Numbered from the stretch's first letter, positions 37,153-46,684 are shown. The stretch: 55,167 bases of DNA from Chthoniobacterales bacterium (GCA_036401335.1 DASWVC010000231.1:1-55167), one strand, 5' to 3'. The notes: generated by a model not told the origin, from the letters alone. A program made the numbers and translations.

Positions 37153-37836
37153 TTATTGGTCCACCAGGAGTGGTCCCGACGGAGGGGCGAAGAAACGGCT
37201 AGAAATCATGTAGCTGGCCGGTGGATCCGGATCTTTGTAGTCCTGAGGGCGCCTCACGTTGCGACCGATGGTGGCGTCTTCCGGTTGGCGCTGGGCAATG
37301 TTAACGGGGGTACCGCCATGGACCAGGGCAAAAAATTTCGGGGCAGCGTTCGGGTGGAGCCGGAGGCAGCCGTGCGAATGGGGGATGGGCCAGACCGCCC
37401 CTTGATGAAAACCGTAAGCAGGTTTGAATTCGACCCAGTACGCCATAGGGTAGCCGACGTAATGGTAGCCTGAACCTGGGGCATGATTGCTGGTGCCGGC
37501 GCGGATCTCGTTGCCCCTGGCCCAGAAGCCGTACGTATTGGAACGTTTGTTCCTGATCTTGTCCGTCACGTGGAAAGTTCCCGTCGGCGTGACCGCACCG
37601 GCCTTGCCGATCGTGGTCGGGGTCACCAGCAACGGCCGGTTTCCTTCCATGACGTAAACCATTTCATTTTGAAGCGAAACCTTTACCCGAACGGCATCCG
37701 GATCGTGCGGTTTGTAAGCAACCACCGTGTAATTTTTACCGCTCGTAAGCGAGGTCTCAAGGTTGGAACAACCGGTGAGAAAAGCCGTTCCCGCAACCAT
37801 TCCACAAACCAAAGCTCGAAGGCGCAGACTTATCAT
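37153..37836 (-). CDS. L,D-transpeptidase lipoprotein (YkuD domain)
   Basis: Internal start MISLRLRALVCGMVAGTAFLTGC (lipobox) at 37836. Catalytic HSHGCLRL motif. Confidence 0.85.
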   Translation of the reverse strand: MISLRLRALVCGMVAGTAFLTGCSNLETSLTSGKNYTVVAYKPHDPDAVRVKVSLQNEMVYVMEGNRPLLVTPTTIGKAGAVTPTGTFHVTDKIRNKRSNTYGFWARGNEIRAGTSNHAPGSGYHYVGYPMAYWVEFKPAYGFHQGAVWPIPHSHGCLRLHPNAAPKFFALVHGGTPVNIAQRQPEDATIGRNVRRPQDYKDPDPPASYMISSRFFAPPSGPLLVDQ

Positions 37837-38008
37837 ACAACCCGGTGTGTAATTCCACGGCCAGGCCCGTCTTTGCAAGATAATATTCTGGAGCCAACCG
37901 GAAGGCGCTGCCGGAAAAGGCCGGGGCCGGCCCGGGCGGCAATGACGTTCCCGGCTCAATCCCTGGGGCTTTGCTTGACTCCATTGCCGGCCCGAGCGTG
38001 CTTGCCGG

Positions 38009-39445
38009 ATGCTTGACCAACCGGTTGCCGGCCGCCGCCTCGCCCGTTCCGGCGAGCCGTTTACGTCGATTAACCCGGCGACTGGCCAGGTGATCGGCAC
38101 CTTTCAAGCTGCCGGCCCGGAGGAAGTGGCAAAAGCCTATGCGGCCGCCGTGGAAGCGCAACCAGCCTGGGCCGGCCAGGGCTTCCAGGCCCGCCGCAGC
38201 GTTGCCGAGGGTTTCGCGAACCTGCTTGCCAGCAACAGGGAGCACGTTGCGGCGCTGATCAGCGACGAGGTCGGCAAGCCGCGTTGGGAAGCGCGGCAAG
38301 AAGTCGACGCCATGGTTCGGAAGGTGGCGTTGAGCGCGGAAGCGTACCTTCAACGGACCGGCACCGAAGCGAAACCGGCAGGGGATGCCGTTTCCGAGCT
38401 TACCCATGCGCCGCATGGCATCGTGGCGGTGCTTGGGCCATTTAACTTTCCCGGTCACCTGCCGAATGGGCACATCGTGCCTGCCGTTCTCGCCGGCAAC
38501 GCCGTCCTGTTCAAGCCAAGCGAATTTGCACCCGCGGTTGGCATTTGCATGGGTGACCTTTGGCGGAAAGCCGGACTGCCGGCGGGCGTGTTGACCGTGC
38601 TGCCGGGCGGGCTGGCAACGGCTGAGGAGATCCTGGATCACCCGGCGTTGCGCGGCGTGTTCTTCACTGGCAGCGCAGCTGCCGGCCGGGCCATTCACCG
38701 CCGGTTTGCCGGAAAGCCGGATGTGATCCTCGCTTTGGAGATGGGCGGCAACAACCCCATGGTGGTGCTTGGTCCAAACGTGGACGGAGCCGCGGCCAGA
38801 ACCATTGCGGTGTCTGCCTTCCTCAGTGCCGGCCAACGCTGCACGTGCACCCGGCGCCTGATTGTCGTTGGCGACCCTGACCTTGAGCCCTTGTGCAAAT
38901 TGACCCGGAGCCTGCAGGTCGGTTTTCCCGCCGATGATCCCTTTATGGGCCCGGTCATTCATCGGAGTGCAGCGGAACGGGTGCTCCAGTTTCAGGAGGA
39001 TTTTATCCGTGCAGGCGCTTCGGCGTTGGTGGCGGTGCGTCCGGCCGGGACCGGTTTGCCGTTTCTTTCCCCTGGCATCATCGATGTGACGAACCTGCCC
39101 GACCGTCCTGACGAAGAAATCTTCGGGCCATTGCTCCAGGTTATCCGAGTCCATAATTTCAACGCAGCCCTCGACGAAGCCAACCGGACCCGGTATGGAC
39201 TCGCAGCCGGCTTGATCGGAGGGACGGCAGAAGACTTTGCGACGTTCCGGCAGCACCTTCGCGCCGGCATCGTCAACTGGAACCGGCCGACGACCGGGGC
39301 GAGCAGCGCCGCTCCCTTCGGCGGCGTCGGGTGGTCCGGCAACCACCGCCCGGGCGCCTTTTACGCCGCTGACTATTGCGCCTACCCTGTGGCGTCGCTC
39401 ACCGGCAACCAAGCCCTCCCCCCCGCATTCCCGGGCATGAATTAG
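38009..39445 (+). CDS. astD: N-succinylglutamate 5-semialdehyde dehydrogenase-like aldehyde dehydrogenase
   Basis: Near-colinear with E. coli AstD as I remember it: GKPRWEA, GPFNFPGHLPNGHIVPA, FKPSE, ILALEMGGNNP, AGQRCTC, PDEEIFGPLL, AGIVNWN, APFGG.G.SGNHRP, YAADYCAYP. TTG start. Confidence 0.8.
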   Translation: MLDQPVAGRRLARSGEPFTSINPATGQVIGTFQAAGPEEVAKAYAAAVEAQPAWAGQGFQARRSVAEGFANLLASNREHVAALISDEVGKPRWEARQEVDAMVRKVALSAEAYLQRTGTEAKPAGDAVSELTHAPHGIVAVLGPFNFPGHLPNGHIVPAVLAGNAVLFKPSEFAPAVGICMGDLWRKAGLPAGVLTVLPGGLATAEEILDHPALRGVFFTGSAAAGRAIHRRFAGKPDVILALEMGGNNPMVVLGPNVDGAAARTIAVSAFLSAGQRCTCTRRLIVVGDPDLEPLCKLTRSLQVGFPADDPFMGPVIHRSAAERVLQFQEDFIRAGASALVAVRPAGTGLPFLSPGIIDVTNLPDRPDEEIFGPLLQVIRVHNFNAALDEANRTRYGLAAGLIGGTAEDFATFRQHLRAGIVNWNRPTTGASSAAPFGGVGWSGNHRPGAFYAADYCAYPVASLTGNQALPPAFPGMN

Positions 39446-39455
39446 TCCTGAACGG

Positions 39456-40577
39456 ATGGACCAACCTGCCCCGCCGCCTTCGCCGTCGTCAACCCCGCCT
39501 GTTTCCGGGAACAGCCGGCCGATGCGGCCCCCGCCACGACGGCCAGCCCGGATGACCTGGTCCCGGAAACTCCGTTACCGCTTGGAGTGGCTTGGCCTTA
39601 ATGGGTTTGCCGTGGCGGTTCCCTGCCTGCCCCTTCCCTGGCTGCACCGGGCCGCTGATTTCGCCGGCGCCCTCTTCTGTGCCATCGACCGGCGCGGCCT
39701 CCGCGTGGCCGTGGCCAACCTGGAAGCAGCTTTCGGCGATCGGTACCAACCTGCGGAACGGCGCCGCATCGCCCGCCAATCCGTGCAAAGGTTGGCTCGG
39801 AGCTTCCTCGAGCTCTTCTGGAGCCCACGGCTGAACCCGCAAAACTTCCGAACTTACGCCAGACTGGTCGGTACCCCCGCGGCCAAGGAGGTCCTGGGAC
39901 GGCACGGCACAATCTGTCTGAGCGTTCATTTCGGTAATTTCGAATGGGGCAGCGGGGTGTTCGCGTTCGAAGGCTACCCAGGCATTGAACTTACCCAACG
40001 GTTCCGGAACGACCTGCTGACCCCCGTTTTTCAGCGCCTGCGTGAGCACACGGGACACCGGACGATCACCCAGGAAAATTCCGTGGTGCGTTTCTACAAG
40101 GCTTTAAAGAAAGGCGGCAGGGTCGGCCTGCTCAGTGACCTGACCTTACGAATGGATGAGCCGGGCGTGTTGGTGCGTGCGTTCGGCCTATGGACGTGGA
40201 CAACCATCATGCATGCCGCCCTCCACGACCGGACGGAGGCGCCCATTATTCCCTTCGTTTCGGTGCCGCAACCGGACGGCACCTACGAGGTACGCCTCCT
40301 TGAACCGGTGCTCCACCGGCCCGGCGTTCCCTTGCGAGAGGTGGCCCAGGAATGCTGGAACCGTTTTGAACCGGTGATCGCTGAACATCCGGAATGCTGG
40401 TTATGGTCCTACAAACATTGGCGGTACCGGCCAGCCGTGCCGGAACGATCCTACCCGTTTTATGCCAACCGGTCGCCCTGGTTCGACTTGGAATGGGAAA
40501 AATGGATCGCCCCCATTCCGGAGGAACTAAGGATTTACGAGGTCCCAAACCGCGCGGCGAAAAGCACCCGGGAATAA
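39456..40577 (+). CDS. LpxL/HtrB-family lysophospholipid (lipid A-type) acyltransferase
   Basis: HFGNFE (HX4E) active-site motif, a TM-like segment near the N-terminus, Pro-rich first 30 aa. The start could instead be 39522 or 39552. Confidence 0.7.
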   Translation: MDQPAPPPSPSSTPPVSGNSRPMRPPPRRPARMTWSRKLRYRLEWLGLNGFAVAVPCLPLPWLHRAADFAGALFCAIDRRGLRVAVANLEAAFGDRYQPAERRRIARQSVQRLARSFLELFWSPRLNPQNFRTYARLVGTPAAKEVLGRHGTICLSVHFGNFEWGSGVFAFEGYPGIELTQRFRNDLLTPVFQRLREHTGHRTITQENSVVRFYKALKKGGRVGLLSDLTLRMDEPGVLVRAFGLWTWTTIMHAALHDRTEAPIIPFVSVPQPDGTYEVRLLEPVLHRPGVPLREVAQECWNRFEPVIAEHPECWLWSYKHWRYRPAVPERSYPFYANRSPWFDLEWEKWIAPIPEELRIYEVPNRAAKSTRE

Positions 40578-40636
40578 AGAAGCGGCCTGCGGATGGCTGG
40601 ATCTCCTGAGGGGCCTGCGGACTTCCTGAAAGCCTC

Positions 40637-41077
40637 ATGGCAGAAAGATTCCTGATCGTTGACGGGCACAGCATCATCTTCGCCTGGCCGGAGTTGCGCA
40701 GCCTGCACGACCTCAGGACAGGGACAGCCCGCGAAAAATTGATCCGGCTCCTGACGGAGTACCAGGACATTTCCGGTATTCACGTGGTGCTCGTCTTCGA
40801 CGGAAAAGGCGCCACCGTCTCCGAGGTAAGCGAACCGGGCGGAATCCAGGTTTTTTACTCGGACCTGAGCCGTACCGCGGACGACATTGTCGAGCGCCTC
40901 TGCGCAAAATACGCCGCGACGTATTCCATCACCGTAGCAACGTCCGACCTGCTGGAGCAGCAGACCGCGATCACCTTCGGAGCAGAATGCATCGGCGCCG
41001 ACGGGCTGCGCCGCCTGGTCGACGCAGCCCGCAACGAATTTGCAACCGAGTTAAAGCGCCGGCGCAAACGCCTCTGA
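40637..41077 (+). CDS. NYN-domain (YacP/Rae1-like) RNase
   Basis: FLIVDGHSIIF, VVLVFDG, TADDIVE and TVATSD motifs. 146 aa. Confidence 0.7.
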   Translation: MAERFLIVDGHSIIFAWPELRSLHDLRTGTAREKLIRLLTEYQDISGIHVVLVFDGKGATVSEVSEPGGIQVFYSDLSRTADDIVERLCAKYAATYSITVATSDLLEQQTAITFGAECIGADGLRRLVDAARNEFATELKRRRKRL

Positions 41078-41086
41078 TGGGGAAAT

Positions 41087-41229
41087 TGTAGCAATGGCAT
41101 GAATTGTATCAATGCGGCCAATTGAAGCAGTTGAATTGATGCAATTCATAAACTGGCCCTAATCCTTTAAGTCACGAATGCCACTGCCCCCATTGTTACA
41201 ATTCATCGCATCGATACAATGGGTACAAT
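41087..41229. repeat. AT-rich CAAT/ATTG-dense block with a 21-nt imperfect inverted repeat
   Basis: About 12 CAAT/ATTG words in ~145 nt. ATGGCATGAATTGTATCAATG (41094-41114) matches 18 of 21 positions of the reverse complement of CATTGTTACAATTCATCGCAT (41191-41211). Confidence 0.6.
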
Positions 41230-41239
41230 TACTCATCAA

Positions 41240-42196
41240 TCAGAAGGGCGAATTCGGGAAGTAATACTGGGCGGCGTTTTCCGGTGTGACCAACGGAGAA
41301 TCCAGGATGTACCGGCCATTGATCGGGAGTTTCGCCGCGAAATGCAAGGCCGTGACTTCGATGGCCGTCGCGATCATGCTCGGTGAGTAAATCACGTCAA
41401 CGGGTGTCTGCGCATCTTTGTCCATCACCCGCTTGACCATCTGTTTCATGCCCGCCCCGCCCACCACGACCATCTCTTTGTCCCGGCCGACCTGGCGCAT
41501 GGCGTCCAGAACACCCAGCGCAATGTCATCGTCCTGGGCCCATACCCCGTCGATTTTAGGAAAACGGGTAAGAAAATCCTGCATGACTTTAAACCCGTCG
41601 TCACGGTTCCAATTGGCGTACTTGGAGTCCAGCACTTTTACCTGGCTGCCTTTAATCGTGTCCATGAACGCATCAAAGCGCTGGTTGTCGATCACGGTTG
41701 GCAGTCCTCGCAGGACGACCATGTTGCCTTTGCCCCCCAGCTTCTTGATGAAAAACTCGGCCGCGATCTTGCCCATCCCGGGATTATCCCCGGCGACGTA
41801 AAGGTCCTGAATGGAAGGGTCGGTAAGGGCGCGGTCAACGATCGTCACAAAAACTCCCTTGTTCTTGACCTGACGCACCGGGTCGGTCAGCGGAGCCGAT
41901 TCATAGGGTAGGATGACAAGGGCTTTGATCTGCTGGGTAGCCACGAGATCTTCCAGGCTGTTGGCCTGATCACTGGCACTGGTGGCAGTGACCACCGAGA
42001 CCTGCACGTTCTTGTACAACGATTCAATCCGCTTCTTGGCCTCCTGCGCAAAGTAGTTGATGCCGCCGGTCCATCCATGATCGGCAGAGGGAATGGAGAC
42101 GCCGATCTTAACCGGTTCGTCGGCCTTAGCCCTTGGTAAGGAGACGTTCGCCGCGCACAAGGCTGCGGCCAATAGGTAGGGAGTTAACGGTTTCAT
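41240..42196 (-). CDS. Sugar ABC transporter substrate-binding protein (RbsB-like)
   Basis: Signal peptide from ATG 42196 (MKPLTPYLLAAALCAANVS). Periplasmic-binding-protein type 1 pattern (IGVSIPSADHGWTGG, ALVILPYES, VVTIVDRAL, VWAQDDDIALG). Confidence 0.85.
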   Translation of the reverse strand: MKPLTPYLLAAALCAANVSLPRAKADEPVKIGVSIPSADHGWTGGINYFAQEAKKRIESLYKNVQVSVVTATSASDQANSLEDLVATQQIKALVILPYESAPLTDPVRQVKNKGVFVTIVDRALTDPSIQDLYVAGDNPGMGKIAAEFFIKKLGGKGNMVVLRGLPTVIDNQRFDAFMDTIKGSQVKVLDSKYANWNRDDGFKVMQDFLTRFPKIDGVWAQDDDIALGVLDAMRQVGRDKEMVVVGGAGMKQMVKRVMDKDAQTPVDVIYSPSMIATAIEVTALHFAAKLPINGRYILDSPLVTPENAAQYYFPNSPF

Positions 42197-42215
42197 GGGT
42201 GCTGATGGGGATTGA

Positions 42216-43244
42216 CTAGTGCGTCCGGCGGTTTCGCTGCAAAAGCGCCGCTCCGAGAATGATGACGCCTTGGACGGCACCGTTCAGGTAGACGCTGATA
42301 ATGCTGGTGAGATTGAGGATGTTGCCGATGAGGGTCAAGATTAACGCTCCAATGATCGACCCCCACACCCGACCTGACCCACCCCGGAGCGCGGTTCCGC
42401 CAACGACGACGGCCGTGATGGCTTCCAGCTCCCAGAGCAATCCCGTGGACGAAGAAGCGGAACCCAGCCGGGGAACGTAAAGCAAGGTGGCAAGGGCGAC
42501 GCAGAATCCTTGAACGACGAAAGCCACCAAACGGATCTGGTGAACCCGAATGGCCGAGTAGTAAGCAACTTCGGCGTTCGATCCGACGGCACGGCAATAC
42601 CGACCAAAACGTGTTTTGGTTAGGATAATCGCACCCACCACCACGACGCCTGCCAGGATCCAGACCGGGATTGGCAAGTTAAGCCAGGCGTTGTAAAAGA
42701 CTGGCCGGTACGTCTCCCGAACCGCTGAGTCGAGCGTGAGGGTACCCCCGTTGGCCAGAAAGGTCACCAAGGAACGGAAGATGCCCATGGTGCCGAGGGT
42801 CACGATGAACGAGTCGATGCTTCCCTTGGTGGCAAGCAGGCCATTCAGCAACCCCGCGAGCAGCCCGACCACGACACCGACACCCATTCCCGCCCCGACC
42901 GCCAGGGTAAGCGGCCAACCGGAATTCGCGAACGAATTCATGACGATGATCATCAGGCTGGCGATCAGCGCGGCCATCGCCCCCACCGAGAGATCGATCT
43001 GTCCCGTCACAATCACGAAGGTGGCCCCGACGCTGATGATGCCGATGAACGCACTCCTGGTCAGCACGTTGCTGATGTTATTCCAACTGACAAAGTTGGG
43101 GTTCAAGGCGTACCCGAGCACAATCAGCAACAACAAGGCCAGCAGCGGCCCGAATTCACGAAAGTATTTGCCGAGCTTGGCGTTCAGGGTCTCGCCGCGT
43201 TTTGCGGGCGGTGTTTCGGTGGCAATCGGTTCGGCTGCACTCAT
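42216..43244 (-). CDS. Sugar ABC transporter permease (RbsC-like)
   Basis: Polytopic, with GQIDLSVGA and GGTALRGG.G motifs. ATGA overlap with the upstream ATPase gene. Confidence 0.85.
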   Translation of the reverse strand: MSAAEPIATETPPAKRGETLNAKLGKYFREFGPLLALLLLIVLGYALNPNFVSWNNISNVLTRSAFIGIISVGATFVIVTGQIDLSVGAMAALIASLMIIVMNSFANSGWPLTLAVGAGMGVGVVVGLLAGLLNGLLATKGSIDSFIVTLGTMGIFRSLVTFLANGGTLTLDSAVRETYRPVFYNAWLNLPIPVWILAGVVVVGAIILTKTRFGRYCRAVGSNAEVAYYSAIRVHQIRLVAFVVQGFCVALATLLYVPRLGSASSSTGLLWELEAITAVVVGGTALRGGSGRVWGSIIGALILTLIGNILNLTSIISVYLNGAVQGVIILGAALLQRNRRTH

Positions 43245-44815
43245 AGGGTAACCGCCCGTTCAGGGCCTTTCACCCCGGTGGCGTAAAGCATGATCTCGTC
43301 TTCGTTGATCGCCTCTCCTTCCAGGCTGGCGACGGCCCGGGATGAATGCATCACGATCACGCGGTGGCAAAGCCCGATGATCTCGAGCAATTCGGAGGAA
43401 ATCACGACGCACGCCTTCCCCTCGGCCGCCATTCCGGCAATCCAGCGGTAGATTTGTGCTTTGGTGCCGACGTCAATGCCACGGGTCGGCTCGTCAAAAA
43501 TAATCACCTCCGGTTCTACCGCCAGGATCTTGGCCAGAACCACCTTTTGCTGGTTGCCGCCGCTCAGCCGGCTGACGGGCATGGACGGATCAGAAATCTT
43601 GATGTGGAACTGGTCCACGGCGGCCTGAAAAGCCGCTCGTTCCTTCCGCCGGTCAACAAACCAACGGGCAAATCGCTTAAGCCCCAGCAACGAATAGTTG
43701 GTCTGGGCATCAAACGAGACCACCAACCCTTTGCCCTTTCGATCTTCGGGCAGGTAAACGGCTCGCAGTTGCCGCAGCGCACTGGCGTAATTCGAAATCC
43801 TGATTGGCCGGCCGGCGCGCAGAACCGAACCGGAGGATACGTCGCGCAAACCGGTTATCCCTTCAAACAACTCCGTTCGCCCCGCCCCGATCAGGCCCGC
43901 AAAGCCGAGGATCTCCCCCTTTTTCAGGCTGAACGAAACGTCGGTCACATGGCCGGGAACCGACAAGTGCCTCACCTCGATCAAGTTACTTTCCGCCGTG
44001 GAATAAACCTTTGGTGGGAAGAGGTCGCTGAGGTTGCGTCCCACCATCAACCGGACAATTTCATTCGGCGACAGGTCGGCGGCATTTCGGGTGGTCACCA
44101 CGCGGCCATCGCGCAGAACCGTGATCTGGTGGGCCAGCCGTTTTACCTCTTCCAATCGGTGAGAGATGTAAAGGATGGCCACGCCTGCCTTGGCAAAGGC
44201 CCCAATGATTTCGAAGAGCCGATCCGCTTCGCGCCGGGTAAGGACCGCCGTCGGTTCATCCAGGATCAAGACAGTGACCCGGCGCGCAATGGCTTTGGCG
44301 ATCTCAACCATCTGCTTTTCGCTGACCCGCAATTCGCCAACCCGGGCGTCGAGGGCAACGTCTGCGCCTACCTTCGCCAATACGTCACGGCCCATGGTTC
44401 GCATCGTGCCTTCGTCGAGGAAAAATCCACGACGCCGTTCCTGGCCCAGGAAAAGGTTCTCGAGAACGGTAAGATCCTCCGCGAGGTTCAACTCCTGATG
44501 AATCAACCTGACCCCAAGGCCTTCCATTCTCCGGAGATTTCCGGTTTCGACCGTGCCCCCTTGGAACGCCACGGTTCCGGAGCTCGGTTCGAGAATTCCT
44601 GACAGGATTTTCATAAGCGTCGATTTGCCCGCACCGTTCTCGCCAACGATGGCGTGAACCTGGCCGGCGTGAAATTCGACACTGACGTTTTCCAGGACAC
44701 TCACCGGCCCGAACGCCTTGCTGATGCCGCGCGCCGCCAGAACGGGCCTGGGTGGGCCAGGCTGAACGGTCTCGTCTTTGAAAGCACTTTCAGAAGAGCG
44801 AGAAACCATGAACAA
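43241..44815 (-). CDS. Sugar ABC transporter ATP-binding protein (duplicated ATPase, RbsA-like)
   Basis: Walker A GENGAGKST, signature LSGGNQQK, Walker B ILDEPT / IFDEPT in two tandem cassettes. Confidence 0.9.
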   Translation of the reverse strand: MFMVSRSSESAFKDETVQPGPPRPVLAARGISKAFGPVSVLENVSVEFHAGQVHAIVGENGAGKSTLMKILSGILEPSSGTVAFQGGTVETGNLRRMEGLGVRLIHQELNLAEDLTVLENLFLGQERRRGFFLDEGTMRTMGRDVLAKVGADVALDARVGELRVSEKQMVEIAKAIARRVTVLILDEPTAVLTRREADRLFEIIGAFAKAGVAILYISHRLEEVKRLAHQITVLRDGRVVTTRNAADLSPNEIVRLMVGRNLSDLFPPKVYSTAESNLIEVRHLSVPGHVTDVSFSLKKGEILGFAGLIGAGRTELFEGITGLRDVSSGSVLRAGRPIRISNYASALRQLRAVYLPEDRKGKGLVVSFDAQTNYSLLGLKRFARWFVDRRKERAAFQAAVDQFHIKISDPSMPVSRLSGGNQQKVVLAKILAVEPEVIIFDEPTRGIDVGTKAQIYRWIAGMAAEGKACVVISSELLEIIGLCHRVIVMHSSRAVASLEGEAINEDEIMLYATGVKGPERAVTL

Positions 44816-45384
44816 GGTGAATTCGGCTTGAGTTTACAACGGGAGAAAACGGCGTGTTGAATATCATTACCCCGCTCGTTGCTTCAAGCAATTTCACCAC
44901 CGAAGGCGGCTTGACCGAACGGCGCGTGCTCCGGAGCGTGGCCCGCCGGCCTCCGGCGACCCATCGCGCTTTTCCTGCACCCTGCGAGCGTTAGTCCGTC
45001 CAACTGCGGGCCTGGCTCGTGTGGAAAGTTGGGCGCCGGCCGTTGCAGACGTGCCGGTGATTTGCCCGTCATGGCCAGTCCAAGGCTCAAAGTTTATCCT
45101 AAAAACATAAACCTGAGCCGTTACGAGTTCGGCTTGCCCTTGACCAGCAGGAAATGATTGCACGCGATCACGTACGCCTGACCCGAAATCGAGGAGGCCA
45201 CCCGAGGAGGACGCATCGACATGTATTTATAACTAGTAACGAATTTTCCACTGCGTGCGCTTGCATCACAAAGAGACCCGGCTTGGATTCTGAAAAAATC
45301 CAGCCGTCCCGACGTGATCCGGGTTCGCCATCATGCGATCTTTTGCACCTGCCGTTTGATCAAACCCACGAACCATCCCTCCCA

Positions 45385-46266
45385 ATGAACAATACAATCT
45401 GCAAGCTTGCTGCCGCCTTCTTCACGCTCGCAACGCTGGCCAGCGGAGTCACCGCCCCGGCTCAAAGTGTTCCGGAACAGGTTGCCGCCCTCAAGACCCA
45501 GGTAAGCAGCCTGGAGGAGGCCGTTGCAGCCCTCCAGGTACAGCTAAACCGCTTGCAAACCAGAAATGACACCTTGCAGGCGCAGGTAACGAAGCTCCAG
45601 TCTAACAATGCCCTCGCCCTGGGACCGTTTGTGCGCGTCGACTACAACCAAAAGGCGGGAGTGGAAGGGCCAAACCTGATCTTTAGCGGCGTCAACATCC
45701 ACTTGGTCAGCGGCTCGGGCGCGACCGATGACGGTGGCAACCCCCGCGGATTGGGGAACTTGATCATCGGCTACAACGAAGATCCCGGTTCCCGCGGGGT
45801 CTCCCTTGAACCCGGGGATCGTGGCGGGTCGCACAACCTCGTGATCGGGCGTTACCATCGCTTTTCACGAGCCGCTTTCGGCGGTTTTGTCGCCGGTGAA
45901 TTCAACACCATTCAAAATGAAGGCGCAAGCGTCACCGGAGGCGGTAACAACACGGCCAGCGGCGGCTTTTCAATGGTAAGCGGCGGTTTCCAAAACATCG
46001 CCCGCGGTGAAGGCGCAAGCGTCGCGGGCGGCGTCTCCAATGTTGCCAGTGATGGGGCGAGCGTTGCCGGGGGCTTCCAGAACACCGCCAGCGGCGATCT
46101 CGCCACCGTTAGTGGAGGATGGCACAACCGCGCCGGCGGCACGTGCGCCACGGTGAGCGGCGGGTCCGGCAACACGGCGGACCATCCCCGTGCGGTGGTG
46201 ATCGGAGGGCAGCGCACCGACGCTCAGCAGGAATTCTCAATTGCACCGCAGCCCCCTTTTCCTTAA
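45385..46266 (+). CDS. Secreted coiled-coil protein with C-terminal Hep_Hag-like Gly/Asn/Ala/Ser repeats
   Basis: Signal peptide from ATG 45385 (MNNTICKLAAAFFTLATLASGVTAPAQS). Heptad-like stretch VAALKTQVSSLEEAVAALQVQLNRLQTRNDTLQAQVTKLQ. Six 14-15-aa repeats of type (A/S)(S/T)V(S/A/T)GG..N.A.G. Confidence 0.6.
   Translation: MNNTICKLAAAFFTLATLASGVTAPAQSVPEQVAALKTQVSSLEEAVAALQVQLNRLQTRNDTLQAQVTKLQSNNALALGPFVRVDYNQKAGVEGPNLIFSGVNIHLVSGSGATDDGGNPRGLGNLIIGYNEDPGSRGVSLEPGDRGGSHNLVIGRYHRFSRAAFGGFVAGEFNTIQNEGASVTGGGNNTASGGFSMVSGGFQNIARGEGASVAGGVSNVASDGASVAGGFQNTASGDLATVSGGWHNRAGGTCATVSGGSGNTADHPRAVVIGGQRTDAQQEFSIAPQPPFP
45919..46182 (+). repeat. Six tandem 14-15-codon repeats (A-S/T-V-x-G-G-x-x-N-x-A-x-G)
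   Basis: EGASVTGGGNNTAS / GGFSMVSGGFQNIAR / GEGASVAGGVSNVAS / DGASVAGGFQNTAS / GDLATVSGGWHNRAG / GTCATVSGGSGNTAD. GAAGGCGCAAGCGTC occurs twice at the DNA level. Confidence 0.75.
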
Positions 46267-46379
46267 ACCAAGGCGCTCGCCCGGAATCGTTTTCTGCACC
46301 ATTCCGGCGCCTCAATCCTGATTGACTGCGAAGGCTGATGGTGCCGCAAAGCCGGGGGCGTCCGCATGCCTACGTCCGC

Positions 46380-46622
46380 TCAGGCCACAGGCACCGGGTT
46401 TGACGGAGGATCCGGAACCGTCGGTGGGCGGCTCGGCAGGTTTGCGTGGGCCGGGCTTCGGATTTGGCCCGGTCCCTCGTAGATCTCTGTCCGAAAGATA
46501 GGAATATCTTTCGGTGCATCGATGCCGATTTTGACCACGTCGCCCTCGATTCGGGTGACCTTGATGTGAATGGAATCGCCGATGACGATGCCTTGGTTAA
46601 CGTAGCGGGTGAGGACGAGCAT
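46380..46622 (-). CDS. csrA: Carbon storage regulator CsrA with Pro-rich C-terminal tail
   Basis: [48 protein letters not shown] is the canonical CsrA core. About 30 extra residues ([24 protein letters not shown]). Confidence 0.9.
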   Translation of the reverse strand: MLVLTRYVNQGIVIGDSIHIKVTRIEGDVVKIGIDAPKDIPIFRTEIYEGPGQIRSPAHANLPSRPPTVPDPPSNPVPVA

Positions 46623-46684
46623 GGGGAATGGTTTGAATCGGTCTAGCCAATCACTTGGACCAGGTGGGTGTCCGGAGGGTGCTT

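Noticed and set aside
36016-37473. 485-aa ORF on the plus strand.
   Set aside because: It lies antisense to ispH and the L,D-transpeptidase gene. No recognisable domain; a GC-driven artefact.
37757-39412. 551-aa ORF on the minus strand.
   Set aside because: It lies antisense to the strongly supported astD-like gene. It is Arg/Gly/Pro/Ala-rich with no motifs, the typical open antisense frame of high-GC DNA.
43346-44602. 418-aa ORF on the plus strand.
   Set aside because: It lies antisense to the ABC ATPase gene, whose Walker and signature motifs fix the real frame.
46623-46684. Possible sigma-28 promoter upstream of csrA (coding strand ...TCCAAGTGATTGGCTAGACCGATTCAAACC...).
   Set aside because: Only about half the positions match TAAAGTTT-N11-GCCGATAA, and the spacing is off. 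Not distinguishable from chance.
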